Assembly: GCA_963662585.1 (NCBI GenBank)
Contig: OY759729.1
Location: 3,168,001-3,232,000, forward strand
Source: Candidatus Cloacimonadales bacterium
GTDB taxonomy: Bacteria > Cloacimonadota > Cloacimonadia > Cloacimonadales > JAFGVF01
Length of the DNA: 64,000 bases
Reading direction: 5' to 3'
A program made the position numbers and the translations under genes. Positions 1-9,954 of the stretch are shown piece by piece; within the stretch, counting starts at the first letter, position 1, and each line of letters begins with the position of its first letter. Under the pieces are notes generated by a model. That model did not search any database, had not been told where the DNA came from, and was given only the letters and a program-made list of their open reading frames with translations.

Positions 1-1
1 C

Positions 2-1066
2 TACTTGAGTTGCTTCTGTTAAAATGTAATTAAGAGAAAATATCTTTTCACTAGTAGCAGTATCACCTGTGTGTCTCTTAGTGATGATGAAGAAAGTTGA
101 AGTTCTTTGATCAAAAAGAAGGGTCTCTGAATCGTAATTCTCATTATCAGGATAAATAAAGGAAATAGTATGTGATGATGTTAATTGCACGGCCGTAGCA
201 TTTTGAGTAGGAGAAACTTCTGGTTCAGGAACAATATAAATATATTTTATTTGGTTATTTAACTGATTATCTCCTGTATCTGCTAGATATATCTCAGGGA
301 TTCCTGTGTCTGGATTATTACCAATAGCCATATCTTCCCAATCCCTATTAGTCACACCATCAATAGTATATATTCCTAGGTGTTGCCCTAATTCGTTCAT
401 AGAAAAGATAAAATTTCCTCCCCCTGAATCATTATGGGTCCAAAGAACACCAGGATTACTTCTGCTGGCAACTAATCCGGATGCTTCGTTTATTTCACCA
501 GACTGAACTGTTCCAAAATTCTGTCGATTAGCAAAGAGTCCTGATTCACTAGTTAATTTATGATAAAATCCTTCATTAGTAGTAGCAAATTGATGGGTTG
601 ATGATTCTGTAATATCTAAAACATTTTTGGAGTAGAATTCAGCTGGAGCTTGCCATTCATTATCTTGATTAATTTGAAAGTTATTTTCACTACTGAAATA
701 GATAGCATTGCTATAAATTCCTTTGTCTAAAAATCTAGGTTCAAAATACCAATCAACTAATTCAATGTTTCCTGAGTTATCTAAAGTGTAAAGTCCATCA
801 CTATATGACCCTGAACCAAAAATAACAAATCTCTCATTTTCATTCTCTGCTACCCCCAAGGCAGTTAAACCTGCATAACTATAGAGATTAATTTGGTCCA
901 TGGAAAATACTTTAACGCCTTGTGAGGTAGAGAAGTAGATATTCCCATCTTCGACAGAGTTATAGACATGATAGGTGTCGCTATCATCATCTAAAAGATT
1001 AACCCATTCATAGCCACTAGCAAGAATTGCAAATAGGATTAATACAAGAACTAATAAATTTTTCAT
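2..1066 (-). CDS. Secreted beta-propeller-like protein (SdiA-regulated-like domain), 3' end runs off the window
   Basis: Not in ORF track. Manual translation from ATG 1066 (RBS GGGAGA): MKNLLVLVLILFAILASG signal peptide, then EASGLVASRSNPGVLWTHNDSGG...DWEDMA...YLADTGDN motifs; open to the window edge. Confidence 0.75.
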   Translation of the reverse strand, partial: MKNLLVLVLILFAILASGYEWVNLLDDDSDTYHVYNSVEDGNIYFSTSQGVKVFSMDQINLYSYAGLTALGVAENENERFVIFGSGSYSDGLYTLDNSGNIELVDWYFEPRFLDKGIYSNAIYFSSENNFQINQDNEWQAPAEFYSKNVLDITESSTHQFATTNEGFYHKLTSESGLFANRQNFGTVQSGEINEASGLVASRSNPGVLWTHNDSGGGNFIFSMNELGQHLGIYTIDGVTNRDWEDMAIGNNPDTGIPEIYLADTGDNQLNNQIKYIYIVPEPEVSPTQNATAVQLTSSHTISFIYPDNENYDSETLLFDQRTSTFFIITKRHTGDTATSEKIFSLNYILTEATQV

Positions 1067-1249
1067 AGTGTCTCCCTTCAAAATCACCTAGATAAAAAAT
1101 ATTCAATAACCCTTTTTTAGGCAAGGTATTTTTTCCTTATTTAAAGTTCTTAGTCAATCTAACTTGAATGATTAAAATTTAAAGTGATTTTTCTTGACAA
1201 CAGAGTGTAAAGTCAAAATAATAATACAAAATGAATTAGGAGAGCTATT

Positions 1250-1999
1250 TTGAAGATTTTATTAACTAACGATGATGGTTATTCTGCAAAAGGAATAACA
1301 CTTCTCTTTGATACCTTAACAGAATTAGGTTTTGATACCTATATGGTAGCACCAGAAACTGAAAAGAGTGGTGCTTCTCACTCAATCACTCTGCACCGAG
1401 ACTTAGTAGCTAAGAGAGTTAAAAATAAAGTATATAGCGTAAGTGGAACTCCAGCAGACTGTGTAATTTATGCAATTAATCAAATAGCTGATGATTTTGA
1501 CCTAGTTGTTTCAGGAATCAATGCAGGGCAAAATATGGGCGAAGATATCTTTTATTCTGGTACTGTAGCAGCAGCTACTGAAGCTTGTTTCTTAGGTTTT
1601 CCTGCTTTAGCTTTCTCAATGTGTGCCTACAAAGATCAAATGTATGAAACAGGAGTAGAAGTAGTTGTAAAAATTATATCATTAAAGCTTCATGAACAAT
1701 TAAATAAAAATGAATTACTAAATATAAATGTTCCTAATATTCCTTTTGAAGAAATAAAAGGATTCAAAGTTACTAAAATAGGGGAAAGACGCTACAAAAA
1801 CTTTATTCACTTCAAAGAACAAACAGAAGAGAAATCTGTTTATACTGTAGGTGGTGATATTCCTGAATGTGTCTATGATGAACAAAGTGATTATTATGCC
1901 ATAGCTAATAACTTGGTCTCTATAACCCATTTACTTAGGAAATCAGACTGTCATTTTAACTTGGATAAACTGGAAGAAATGAATAGTTATGAGATTTGA
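1250..1999 (+). CDS. surE: 5'/3'-nucleotidase SurE
   Basis: ILLTNDDG, SGASHS, GTPADCV, SGINAGQN, YSGTVAAA motifs; RBS AGGAG; TTG start. Confidence 0.97.
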   Translation: MKILLTNDDGYSAKGITLLFDTLTELGFDTYMVAPETEKSGASHSITLHRDLVAKRVKNKVYSVSGTPADCVIYAINQIADDFDLVVSGINAGQNMGEDIFYSGTVAAATEACFLGFPALAFSMCAYKDQMYETGVEVVVKIISLKLHEQLNKNELLNINVPNIPFEEIKGFKVTKIGERRYKNFIHFKEQTEEKSVYTVGGDIPECVYDEQSDYYAIANNLVSITHLLRKSDCHFNLDKLEEMNSYEI

Positions 2000-2642
2000 A
2001 GATCAACGAGAAACCCTAATTACTGAATTGAAAGAGATGGGGATTACTGATGAACTTGTCATTTCAGCCTTTAGAACAATTCAAAGAGAAGATTTTGTTC
2101 TGTCCCATGTAAAAGAGTTTGCTTATAGAAATCAAGCTTTACCTATTGAAGCTGGACAGACCATTTCACAACCCTATATTATTGCCTTAATGATGCAGGA
2201 AGTAGAATTAGAACCTGAAGATACCGTTTTGGAAATTGGCACAGGTTCAGGTTATCAAACTTCCCTCTTAGCAAGCTTAGTAACTACTGTCTGTACTATC
2301 GAAAGACATCAAAATCTTAGTCAGAAAGCTAAGCAAACTATGACAAAATATAATTTTAAAAATGTCTATTTTAAATTTGGTGATGGAACTAAAGGATGGG
2401 TGAATAGCTATCCACCCCTAAAAGAGTTCGACAAAATAATAGTCTGTGCAGGAGCACCAATGGTTTCTGAAGCACTATTAAATCAACTTAAAATCGGTGG
2501 TAAATTAGTTATTCCTGTGGGAAATCTAGAACAACAACGATTAAAAATTATTATCAAAACAGAGACAGGTTTCGAAGAAAAGGAAAGTGTAGCCTGTAGT
2601 TTTGTTCCATTATTGGGAGAATTAGGATGGGAAGAAAGTTAG
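1989..2642 (+). CDS. pcm: Protein-L-isoaspartate O-methyltransferase
   Basis: QTISQPYI, VLEIGTGSGYQ, QLKIGGKLVIPVG, FVPL; canonical surE-pcm order. Confidence 0.96.
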   Translation: MRFEDQRETLITELKEMGITDELVISAFRTIQREDFVLSHVKEFAYRNQALPIEAGQTISQPYIIALMMQEVELEPEDTVLEIGTGSGYQTSLLASLVTTVCTIERHQNLSQKAKQTMTKYNFKNVYFKFGDGTKGWVNSYPPLKEFDKIIVCAGAPMVSEALLNQLKIGGKLVIPVGNLEQQRLKIIIKTETGFEEKESVACSFVPLLGELGWEES

Positions 2643-3163
2643 AAATTACTTTAGAATTCTTTGATATGTGTTGGAAGTGGTTTAAGAAGAAGAGAGATGC
2701 TTTGATTAATCTGACTGAAAATGAGAAACAACTACAGTACTTTAGTGTGTTTGGTTCTCTAGGGAAGTCACAAATTAAAACTATAAATAATATCATCTTT
2801 GAAAGAACATTTAAGAGCAATGAGATAATTTATCAGATTGGGCATCCTAATATCGTGATGTATTTCATCTTGGAAGGTGAAGTTGATTTATATGATTCTG
2901 AAAACTCTGATACTCCAGATTTAACAATTGAAAGAGGTGGCTTGGTCGGTTCTATTGAAATATTCACTGGTAGCACACGAGTTAGCACTGCCGTTGCAAA
3001 GACTAAATGTAAAATGCTTGCTATGTCAAAGTATGACTTTAGAAATATGATTAAGAATAACCCAAAAATCGGTTCAAAGATTCTTTACGCTTTTTGTGAA
3101 AAATACTCAAAGTCACTTAATGCCAAAATAGTTCAGGATAAGGAAAATGCAGAAAAAAAATAA
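2627..3163 (+). CDS. Cyclic nucleotide-binding domain protein
   Basis: MYFILEGEV...GSIE...TRVSTAVAKT cNMP-binding pattern; no C-terminal HTH evident; start uncertain. Confidence 0.8.
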   Translation: MGRKLEITLEFFDMCWKWFKKKRDALINLTENEKQLQYFSVFGSLGKSQIKTINNIIFERTFKSNEIIYQIGHPNIVMYFILEGEVDLYDSENSDTPDLTIERGGLVGSIEIFTGSTRVSTAVAKTKCKMLAMSKYDFRNMIKNNPKIGSKILYAFCEKYSKSLNAKIVQDKENAEKK

Positions 3164-4487
3164 CCGTTTGGTATTTAATATTTTGTTACTTCTTTTATTA
3201 GGAGTATCAGCTCTCTTTTACTGGAATATTCTGTCTAGTGTTATCGCAGGCATTATTTTTGCTTTTATTCTAAATCCTGCTGTCAGTTATATTGAAAGCT
3301 ATGGGGTAGGCAGAACTCTTTCTATTATTGCCATATACTTTATTATTTCACTCAGTATTGTTATTACGATGATCTTTGTCGTACCTAAAGTTATTTCTCA
3401 AGGCGAGAGTATCTTCTCATACTTAAATAGTTCTACAGCAGTTAAAAAAGCCATGGGAACAGTTCCGCTTGTAGAAGAAAAAGGAAGTACTGAAGAGAAA
3501 GGTATTATTAATATTTATCTTAATTATGATCATAAACAAGAGAAAATAGTGATTAATAATCAAGGGAAAATACTAACAAGTCCGGATAGTTTAGATATGG
3601 AGAGTGTCTTGATTACCCATGAAGCATCATCGGAAGTTTCTCTTGAGCCTTCTTCAAATCCTATTCCTGAGGCTCCTATTCCGCAATTTACTTATGCTGA
3701 TTCCTTATCCCAAGAATCGCTAAAGAAGTTTATGGAAATACCAGTTTTATCACAAATTACAGAGTATATTGAATATATTGATAAGAAAATTACTTTTATA
3801 GATATTACTGATGAAATAAAGAAAGTAAGCAGTAATTTAAAAGAGCAAATTATTCAAGTTCCCAAAATAGTTATAACAAATGTTTCTAGAATAGCCTCTA
3901 CTTTTGCTTTTGTTTTCATGATTCCGTTTATTAGTTTCTTTATTCTCAAAGATAAGAATCTCTTTTCTAAGATGTTCAATACTTTCATACCTAATAGATT
4001 CTTTGAACTATATATAACGATTACTCACAAGATAAGTGAATTAGTTAGTAGCTTTCTCAGGGCTCTGGTTATTGAAATTATCATCGTAGGTGTACTAACA
4101 GCTATTGTGCTTTCAATAATTGGCGTAAATTACTCAATTTTAATAGGTTTATTGGCTGGTTTAGCTAATATGGTGCCTTACTTTGGTCCATTTTTTGGAG
4201 TAATCTTTGCTATTAGTTCTGTGATTCTAACAGGACAAGATTTATCTATGATTCTCTATATTATTTTTGGAATGTGGGGAGTGCAAGTATTAGATAATAA
4301 TATTGTATATCCTATAGTGATTGGTAAAAGTACAAATATTCACCCTTTATATGTATTCTTAACAGTTGTTGCGGGAGGATTTCTCTTTGGTGTTTTAGGC
4401 ATGATTCTCTCAGTCCCAATTGTATATATAGTTTCTGAAATTTCCAAAGAACTTTATTCTAGCTTAAAAAAGTACGATATTATTTAA
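3147..4487 (+). CDS. AI-2E family transporter with a long hydrophilic insertion
   Basis: AFILNPAV, PYFGP, QVLDNNIVYPIVIG, HPLYV...GGFLFGVLGMILSVP motifs. Confidence 0.9.
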   Translation: MQKKNNRLVFNILLLLLLGVSALFYWNILSSVIAGIIFAFILNPAVSYIESYGVGRTLSIIAIYFIISLSIVITMIFVVPKVISQGESIFSYLNSSTAVKKAMGTVPLVEEKGSTEEKGIINIYLNYDHKQEKIVINNQGKILTSPDSLDMESVLITHEASSEVSLEPSSNPIPEAPIPQFTYADSLSQESLKKFMEIPVLSQITEYIEYIDKKITFIDITDEIKKVSSNLKEQIIQVPKIVITNVSRIASTFAFVFMIPFISFFILKDKNLFSKMFNTFIPNRFFELYITITHKISELVSSFLRALVIEIIIVGVLTAIVLSIIGVNYSILIGLLAGLANMVPYFGPFFGVIFAISSVILTGQDLSMILYIIFGMWGVQVLDNNIVYPIVIGKSTNIHPLYVFLTVVAGGFLFGVLGMILSVPIVYIVSEISKELYSSLKKYDII

Positions 4488-4492
4488 ATTGA

Positions 4493-4633
4493 GAATTATG
4501 AATTTAGAATTAAGAATTAAATTTCACACGAATTAAGACGAATTATGACGAATTTTCATGAATGTAGGGGCCTATTGCCATAGGCCTTCTTGAATTTTGA
4601 CGAATCTAGGGGCGAAAGATTTTTTGCCCTGAC
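4493..4633. repeat. Micro-repeat tract (GAATTAW-like x4, 10-bp ACGAATT x3-4) followed by two GTAG/CTAG REP-like hairpins
   Basis: gaattat/gaattta/gaattaa/gaattaa; cacgaattaa/gacgaattat/gacgaatttt; GTAGG-GGCCTAT-tgcc-ATAGGCC (4564-4586); CTAG-GGGCGAAAGATTTTTTGCCC (from 4606). Confidence 0.7.
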
Positions 4634-4640
4634 AAACAAA

Positions 4641-4664
4641 AAGACAGAACCGAGGTTCTGTCTT
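4641..4664. terminator. Intrinsic terminator hairpin between convergent AI-2E gene and iorB
   Basis: AAGACAGAAC-cgag-GTTCTGTCTT, with an A-rich run on the left (U tract on the minus strand). Confidence 0.7.
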
Positions 4665-4687
4665 AGTGTTTTTATATTCTAGATTAT

Positions 4688-5260
4688 CTATTTTGCAGCT
4701 TCAAAACCAGCTTTAAGAGCTTTAATATTAGCTTCTACAATTGCTTCACCTTTTCTACCAAAAATAGTTTTGATAGCATCTTCAATTTGATTGATAGTGA
4801 AACCTAAAGTCTTAACTGCAGCTCCAAGAATAACCATATTCATTGAACGAGCAGAGCCAATCTCTTTAGCTATTGTATCTGCATCAATAAGTACATGATT
4901 CTTGTAGGCTTTGATTTTGTTATATACTTCTTCCTTTTCAGGATAGTTGGTAATGTTAACAAAAGGAGTAGAGTTAGCGATCAACCAACCATTCTCATTT
5001 AAGTAAGGAAGGTATCTAAGAGCTTCCATTGGCTCAACAGAGAGAATTAAATCAGCTTCACCCATAGGGATAAGATCAGAGAATATCTCTTCATCAGAGA
5101 TTCTGAGGTGTGATTGAACATCACCACCGCGTTGACTCATTCCATGTACTTCTGCTTGTTTTATATACATCTTAGAGGAAACAGCTGCCTGACCAATTAC
5201 AGTAGCGATAGTAAGGATACCTTGTCCACCAACACCGGCTAAAATTATATCTTTTTTCAT
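4688..5260 (-). CDS. iorB: Indolepyruvate ferredoxin oxidoreductase beta subunit
   Basis: AGVGGQG, EVHGMSQRGG, EPMEALR, NMVILGA. Confidence 0.95.
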   Translation of the reverse strand: MKKDIILAGVGGQGILTIATVIGQAAVSSKMYIKQAEVHGMSQRGGDVQSHLRISDEEIFSDLIPMGEADLILSVEPMEALRYLPYLNENGWLIANSTPFVNITNYPEKEEVYNKIKAYKNHVLIDADTIAKEIGSARSMNMVILGAAVKTLGFTINQIEDAIKTIFGRKGEAIVEANIKALKAGFEAAK

Positions 5261-5262
5261 TG

Positions 5263-6858
5263 TTACCTCCTGCTTTTTAATTTTTTCTTAAGAGTTTGAA
5301 CACACTCTCTGCGTGGAATAATCACAGAAACACCTTCATAGGCAATTTCTTCTTCAAACACTTTAACATTTATTTCATGTTGTTTTGGAAGTGGAGTAAT
5401 AACACGGATGTGATCTTCTTCAACACCTAAAGCTTTACAAACAGCTTCGATTCTACCAAAACCAGTATAATCCTGACCACCTGTCATACCAGTGGTGCTA
5501 TTATCAAGAATAACAACAACAAGATTATCTTTGTCATAAACACAATCCATTAAGCCTGTTAATCCAGAGTGGAAGAATGTAGAGTCACCAATAACAGCAA
5601 TTGCTGGATAGACACCTGCTTTGGAAGCACCTTTAGCCATAGTAATGGAAGCACCCATATCTAAGCAAGTATTAATAGCATTATAAGGAGGTAAGAAACC
5701 TAAAGTGTAACATCCGATATCAGAGAATACTCTACCGTTAGGAGTAGCTTTAAGGACCTCAGTAATTGCTTTATAAGAATCAATATGTGGACAACCTACA
5801 CAAAGAGCAGGAGGTCTGTTAGCGATAAAAGCAGGTTTTTCTTCACCAAAGTTATTTGGTAAGCCAAGAGCTTTTGCAACATGGTTTGGATTTAATTCAC
5901 CCACGCGTGGAAGAGAACCATCTAATCTACCTTTAATTTTAGTATTTCCAGAAACAAAACCTTTTAATTGTTGTTCAACAACAGGCATTCCTTCTTCAAT
6001 AACTAAAACTTGGTCACATTCACTCATAATTTTTTCGACTTGTTTTCTTGGTAATGGATATTGACTTACTTTGAGAATAGGGTGTTTGAAATCCACTTTT
6101 CTTACATTTTCCATAAGGTAGTTGTAGCCAAGTCCACAAGCAATAATACCAAGAGTTTTATCTTCACCATCGATATATTTGTTGAAAGGTGATTCTTCTG
6201 AAGCTTTTTCTAATTGAGCTTGAAGAGGAACCAACTTGTCATATTTCATTCTTGAGAATGCTGGTAAAAGCATAAATTGATTAGGATCATCAGGGAAACT
6301 AAGTTTATTTTCTTCTTGTACAGCTTTTGTAGTAACTCCAGCACGAGAGTGAGAAAGACGAGTCTCTAGTCTGATCATAACGGGTAGTTTAAACTTTTCA
6401 GAAAGTTCAAAGCCGTAAAAAGCTGCTTCATAACATTCTTGTTGGTTTGAAGGCTCGATGCAAGGAATTAAAGCAAAGTTAGCAAACACACGAGAATCTT
6501 GTTCATTTTGGGATGAATGCATGGAAGGATCATCAGCTACTGCCACTAATAAACCACCATTTGCACCAGTCATAGCTGAATTCATAAAAGGGTCAGCTGC
6601 AACATTAAGTCCAACATGTTTCATTGTTGCCATAGTTCTTTTACCTGCGTAAGACATACCTACTGCTTCTTCCATGGCAGTCTTTTCATTAGATGCCCAA
6701 GTTCTGTGAATATCCTTGTCAATAGCTACTTTGTTTTTTTGAACGAACTCAATAATTTCGGTTGAAGGTGTTCCTGGATATCCGTAGAATCCGGATATAC
6801 CAGCGTCAATCGCGCCTTGCGCTAACGCTTCATCACCGAGTAAAAGTATCTTTTCCAT
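5263..6858 (-). CDS. iorA: Indolepyruvate ferredoxin oxidoreductase alpha subunit
   Basis: GYPGTPSTE, MKHVGLNVAAD, DDPSMHSSQNEQD, LCVGCPH, DIGCYTLG, GDSTFFHSG, TGMTGGQ. Confidence 0.95.
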   Translation of the reverse strand: MEKILLLGDEALAQGAIDAGISGFYGYPGTPSTEIIEFVQKNKVAIDKDIHRTWASNEKTAMEEAVGMSYAGKRTMATMKHVGLNVAADPFMNSAMTGANGGLLVAVADDPSMHSSQNEQDSRVFANFALIPCIEPSNQQECYEAAFYGFELSEKFKLPVMIRLETRLSHSRAGVTTKAVQEENKLSFPDDPNQFMLLPAFSRMKYDKLVPLQAQLEKASEESPFNKYIDGEDKTLGIIACGLGYNYLMENVRKVDFKHPILKVSQYPLPRKQVEKIMSECDQVLVIEEGMPVVEQQLKGFVSGNTKIKGRLDGSLPRVGELNPNHVAKALGLPNNFGEEKPAFIANRPPALCVGCPHIDSYKAITEVLKATPNGRVFSDIGCYTLGFLPPYNAINTCLDMGASITMAKGASKAGVYPAIAVIGDSTFFHSGLTGLMDCVYDKDNLVVVILDNSTTGMTGGQDYTGFGRIEAVCKALGVEEDHIRVITPLPKQHEINVKVFEEEIAYEGVSVIIPRRECVQTLKKKLKSRR

Positions 6859-7003
6859 ATTTACTCCTATTATTCATATTTGTTTATTTCTACCAAAATA
6901 TCAAACCAAGGAATCTTAGGCAAGTATTTTTTACTTTTTTTTATTTTTTCTGAAAAATTGGTGTAAAATTTGTATGTAATAATTGCTGATACTATTTTTT
7001 CAA

Positions 7004-7033
7004 TTGACAAGAAATGTATTATTAAAATAAACT
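7004..7033 (+). promoter_or_regulatory. Putative sigma70 promoter for tnaA
   Basis: TTGACA (7004) - 18 bp - TAAACT (7028). Confidence 0.45.
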
Positions 7034-7066
7034 ACAAAAAAAAATATATATAATAAAGGAGAAAAA

Positions 7067-8440
7067 ATGGATAAGATGCCATACGCTGAACCATATAAAA
7101 TAAAAATGGTTGAAGCAATTAAATCTACAACTAAAGAAGAAAGAATTGAGGCAATAAAAAAAGCAGGTTATAACCTATTTAATCTCCGTTCTGAAGATGT
7201 TCTTATCGACTTAATTACAGACTCTGGAACTGGCGCAATGAGCGACAAACAATGGTCTGCAATGATGCTAGGTGATGAAGCCTATGCTGGTTCTCGCAGT
7301 TTCTTCAAAATGAAAGATACAATAAAAGAAATCTTAGGTTTTGATTTCGTTTTACCAACTCACCAAGGCAGAGCTGCTGAGAATGTTCTTTTTTCAGCTT
7401 TAGTTAAAGAAGGGGATATTGTCCCTGGTAATAGCCATTTTGATACAACAAAGGGTCATATTGAATATCGTAAAGCTTCATGTATAGATTGTACAATTGA
7501 TGAAGCCTTTGACCCGACTTTAATTCATCCTTTCAAAGGTAATGCTAATTTAGAGAAATTAGAAGATAATATCAAAAAATATCGTGCTAATATTCCTTTT
7601 GTTATTATGACTGTTACCTGTAATAATGGTGGTGGACAGCCAGTTTCCTTAGAAAATCTTAAAGCTGTTAGAGCTCTTTGCGATAAATACGAACTTCCTC
7701 TTTTCTTTGATTCTGCCCGTTTTGCTGAAAATGCATATTTTATTAAACAACGCGAAGCAGGATATGCTGATAAAACTATCAAAGAGATTGTAGCAGAGAT
7801 GTTTGTTCTTGCTGATGGTATGACTATGAGCTCTAAAAAAGATGCAATAGTTAATATTGGTGGCTTTATTGCCATGCGCAGTGAAGAACTCTACAAAAAA
7901 TGTTCAGTTTTTAACATTATGTTTGAAGGCTATTTAACTTATGGTGGAATGGCTGGTAGAGATATGGCCGCTCTTGCTCAAGGTTTAGATGAAAATACAG
8001 AATTTGATTACCTCCATGCTAGAATTTCCCAAGTGGCTTATCTTGGTCAAAGACTAAAGGAAGAGGGTATTCCTGTCATGGAACCATTCGGTGGTCATGC
8101 AATTTATTTAGATGCTTTACGCTTCTTACCACACATTCCTCAAGTAGAATTTTCTGCTCAAGTCTTGGGTATCGAACTTTATATTGAAGCTGGTGTTAGA
8201 GGAGTTGAAATTGGTACAGTTCTTGCTGATAGAGACCCTATTACTAGAGAAGAGAGACCACCAAAAACTGAACTTCTTCGTTTAGCAATCCCACGCCGTG
8301 TTTATACTAACAATCACATGGAAGTTATTGTTTGGGGTTGTAAGAAAGTTTGGGAAAGAAGAAATGAGTTAAAAGGATTGGAATTAGATTATGAAGCTCC
8401 AATTATGAGACACTTCACAGCTACTTTCAAGAGAAAATAA
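7067..8440 (+). CDS. tnaA: Tryptophanase
   Basis: DLITDSGT, GDEAYAG, HQGRAAE, MSSKKD (PLP Lys), RLAIPRRVYT; HFDTT and RHFTA residues are TnaA-type rather than tyrosine phenol-lyase (FTTT / RFFTA). Confidence 0.88.
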   Translation: MDKMPYAEPYKIKMVEAIKSTTKEERIEAIKKAGYNLFNLRSEDVLIDLITDSGTGAMSDKQWSAMMLGDEAYAGSRSFFKMKDTIKEILGFDFVLPTHQGRAAENVLFSALVKEGDIVPGNSHFDTTKGHIEYRKASCIDCTIDEAFDPTLIHPFKGNANLEKLEDNIKKYRANIPFVIMTVTCNNGGGQPVSLENLKAVRALCDKYELPLFFDSARFAENAYFIKQREAGYADKTIKEIVAEMFVLADGMTMSSKKDAIVNIGGFIAMRSEELYKKCSVFNIMFEGYLTYGGMAGRDMAALAQGLDENTEFDYLHARISQVAYLGQRLKEEGIPVMEPFGGHAIYLDALRFLPHIPQVEFSAQVLGIELYIEAGVRGVEIGTVLADRDPITREERPPKTELLRLAIPRRVYTNNHMEVIVWGCKKVWERRNELKGLELDYEAPIMRHFTATFKRK

Positions 8441-8489
8441 AGAAAATATCTATTTAAGAATAAAAGCAAGACTTTAGATAAATGAAAGA

Positions 8490-8530
8490 ACTCCTTCTTC
8501 CTTCTTCTTTTAGAGGGAAGAAGGGGTCTT
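8490..8530 (+). terminator. Hairpin downstream of tnaA
   Basis: ACTCCTTCTTCC...GGAAGAAGGGGT inverted repeat. Confidence 0.5.
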
Positions 8531-8572
8531 ATAGTGCTAAGAGGCTTGCCTAATATCCAAAGGAAGGTTGGT

Positions 8573-9826
8573 ATGATAAACTGTTATAATGTGTTAAAAG
8601 AATTAGATTTTGAACATCTAGCTGCTTCTCCAGAAGAGGCAAAAGCTCGAGAAATTATTAAAAAGTACCTTGATGAAGCAAAGATTAGCTATGAAGAACA
8701 GGCTTTTACAATGTTTGCTTTTGATACTGGAACAAGCCAAATTCAAGCTGATGATATTAAGATCAACACTCTTCCATTTGGGTTAATTGAATCTCAAACT
8801 ATTACTGGAGAGTTAGTAATCTTAGATAACATAAAGGTAGTAGAATACAATTATGGAGCCTTCAACGATAAAATTATTATGTGTAAAGGTGCTGATCGTA
8901 ATTCTTTTGATATTATGTTAAAACAAGGTGTGAAAGCTTTTATTGCTATTAGTGCACCTGATAAAGAGGCTTCTAATTCTTCTCACAGACAGCAGAATGT
9001 TGAAACAGGTTTATTACCAGCTGTAACAATTACTTATGATGATGCCGTGAAATTACTTCCTAAGAATGGTAGCCAAATAACTTTAACTATTGAACAAAAA
9101 AGATTTGAAAGAAGTGCCTATAATATAATTGCTACAATAGGCCAAGCTAAAATAGACGAAAATATTACTTATCTTACTGCTCACTATGATACTGTAGCTC
9201 GCTCTCATGGTTCTTCGGATAATGGCGCTGGTACTGTTGTGATTCTTAAAACAGCTCAATACTTTGCTCAAAAGAATCCTGGAAGAGTTCTAAAAGTTAT
9301 CTTCTGTAGTGGGGAAGAGATGGGTCTTCTTGGTTCAACAGCTTATGTAGAAAATCATCTTGAAGAGATAAAAGAAAAGGGCTCATTTGTGGTGAATGTA
9401 GATGTTGCTGGAGATTACTTTGGTACTGATAGAATGATGGTCATTGGAAGCAATGACTTAAAAGGCTACATGAGTGGCATTTCTAAAGAAGCAGGTTATT
9501 GCTTTGACGATGTTTTAAATATTTATAGCTCTGATGCTATGCCTTTTGCTGTTCATGAAGTACCATCCGTAAATTTAGCTCGTTTTGGTGGCTCTGCTTC
9601 TACAAAAATACACACTATAAATGACGATATGACTGATATATATGATAAAAATCTAGACTTTTACTTTAATGCTACTGTTAATATTTTAGAAAGAGTTTTA
9701 AACTCTAAAGTATGGAGCATTTCTAAAGATTTCGATCCTTCTCTAAGAGCTAAGATTGAAAGATATATGTGGGGCTCACGCAGGGTTGATCCTAAATTAG
9801 ATTGGACTCCTGCTTATAAAAAGTAA
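8573..9826 (+). CDS. M28 family metallopeptidase with PA-like insert
   Basis: TAHYDT, GSSDNGAG, GEEMGLLGS, VNVDVAG, SSDAMPF, IHTIND; start moved to ATG 8573 after GGAAGG. Confidence 0.9.
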   Translation: MINCYNVLKELDFEHLAASPEEAKAREIIKKYLDEAKISYEEQAFTMFAFDTGTSQIQADDIKINTLPFGLIESQTITGELVILDNIKVVEYNYGAFNDKIIMCKGADRNSFDIMLKQGVKAFIAISAPDKEASNSSHRQQNVETGLLPAVTITYDDAVKLLPKNGSQITLTIEQKRFERSAYNIIATIGQAKIDENITYLTAHYDTVARSHGSSDNGAGTVVILKTAQYFAQKNPGRVLKVIFCSGEEMGLLGSTAYVENHLEEIKEKGSFVVNVDVAGDYFGTDRMMVIGSNDLKGYMSGISKEAGYCFDDVLNIYSSDAMPFAVHEVPSVNLARFGGSASTKIHTINDDMTDIYDKNLDFYFNATVNILERVLNSKVWSISKDFDPSLRAKIERYMWGSRRVDPKLDWTPAYKK

Positions 9827-9954
9827 GAAGAGTACTTGTTAATTCGCAATGGAATTATAGAGTTAGTTAGTGTCTAACAAAAAAGATATAACTTATCATT
9901 GACAAATTAGCAGTCTCTAAAGATTACTGCAAGAAAAATAATTTCGAGGTAAAT

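Noticed and set aside
306..506. 66-aa plus-strand ORF
   Set aside because: Antisense to the real minus-strand gene starting at 1066.
7067..8440. Tyrosine phenol-lyase
   Set aside because: Specificity positions (HFDTT, RHFTA) match tryptophanase.
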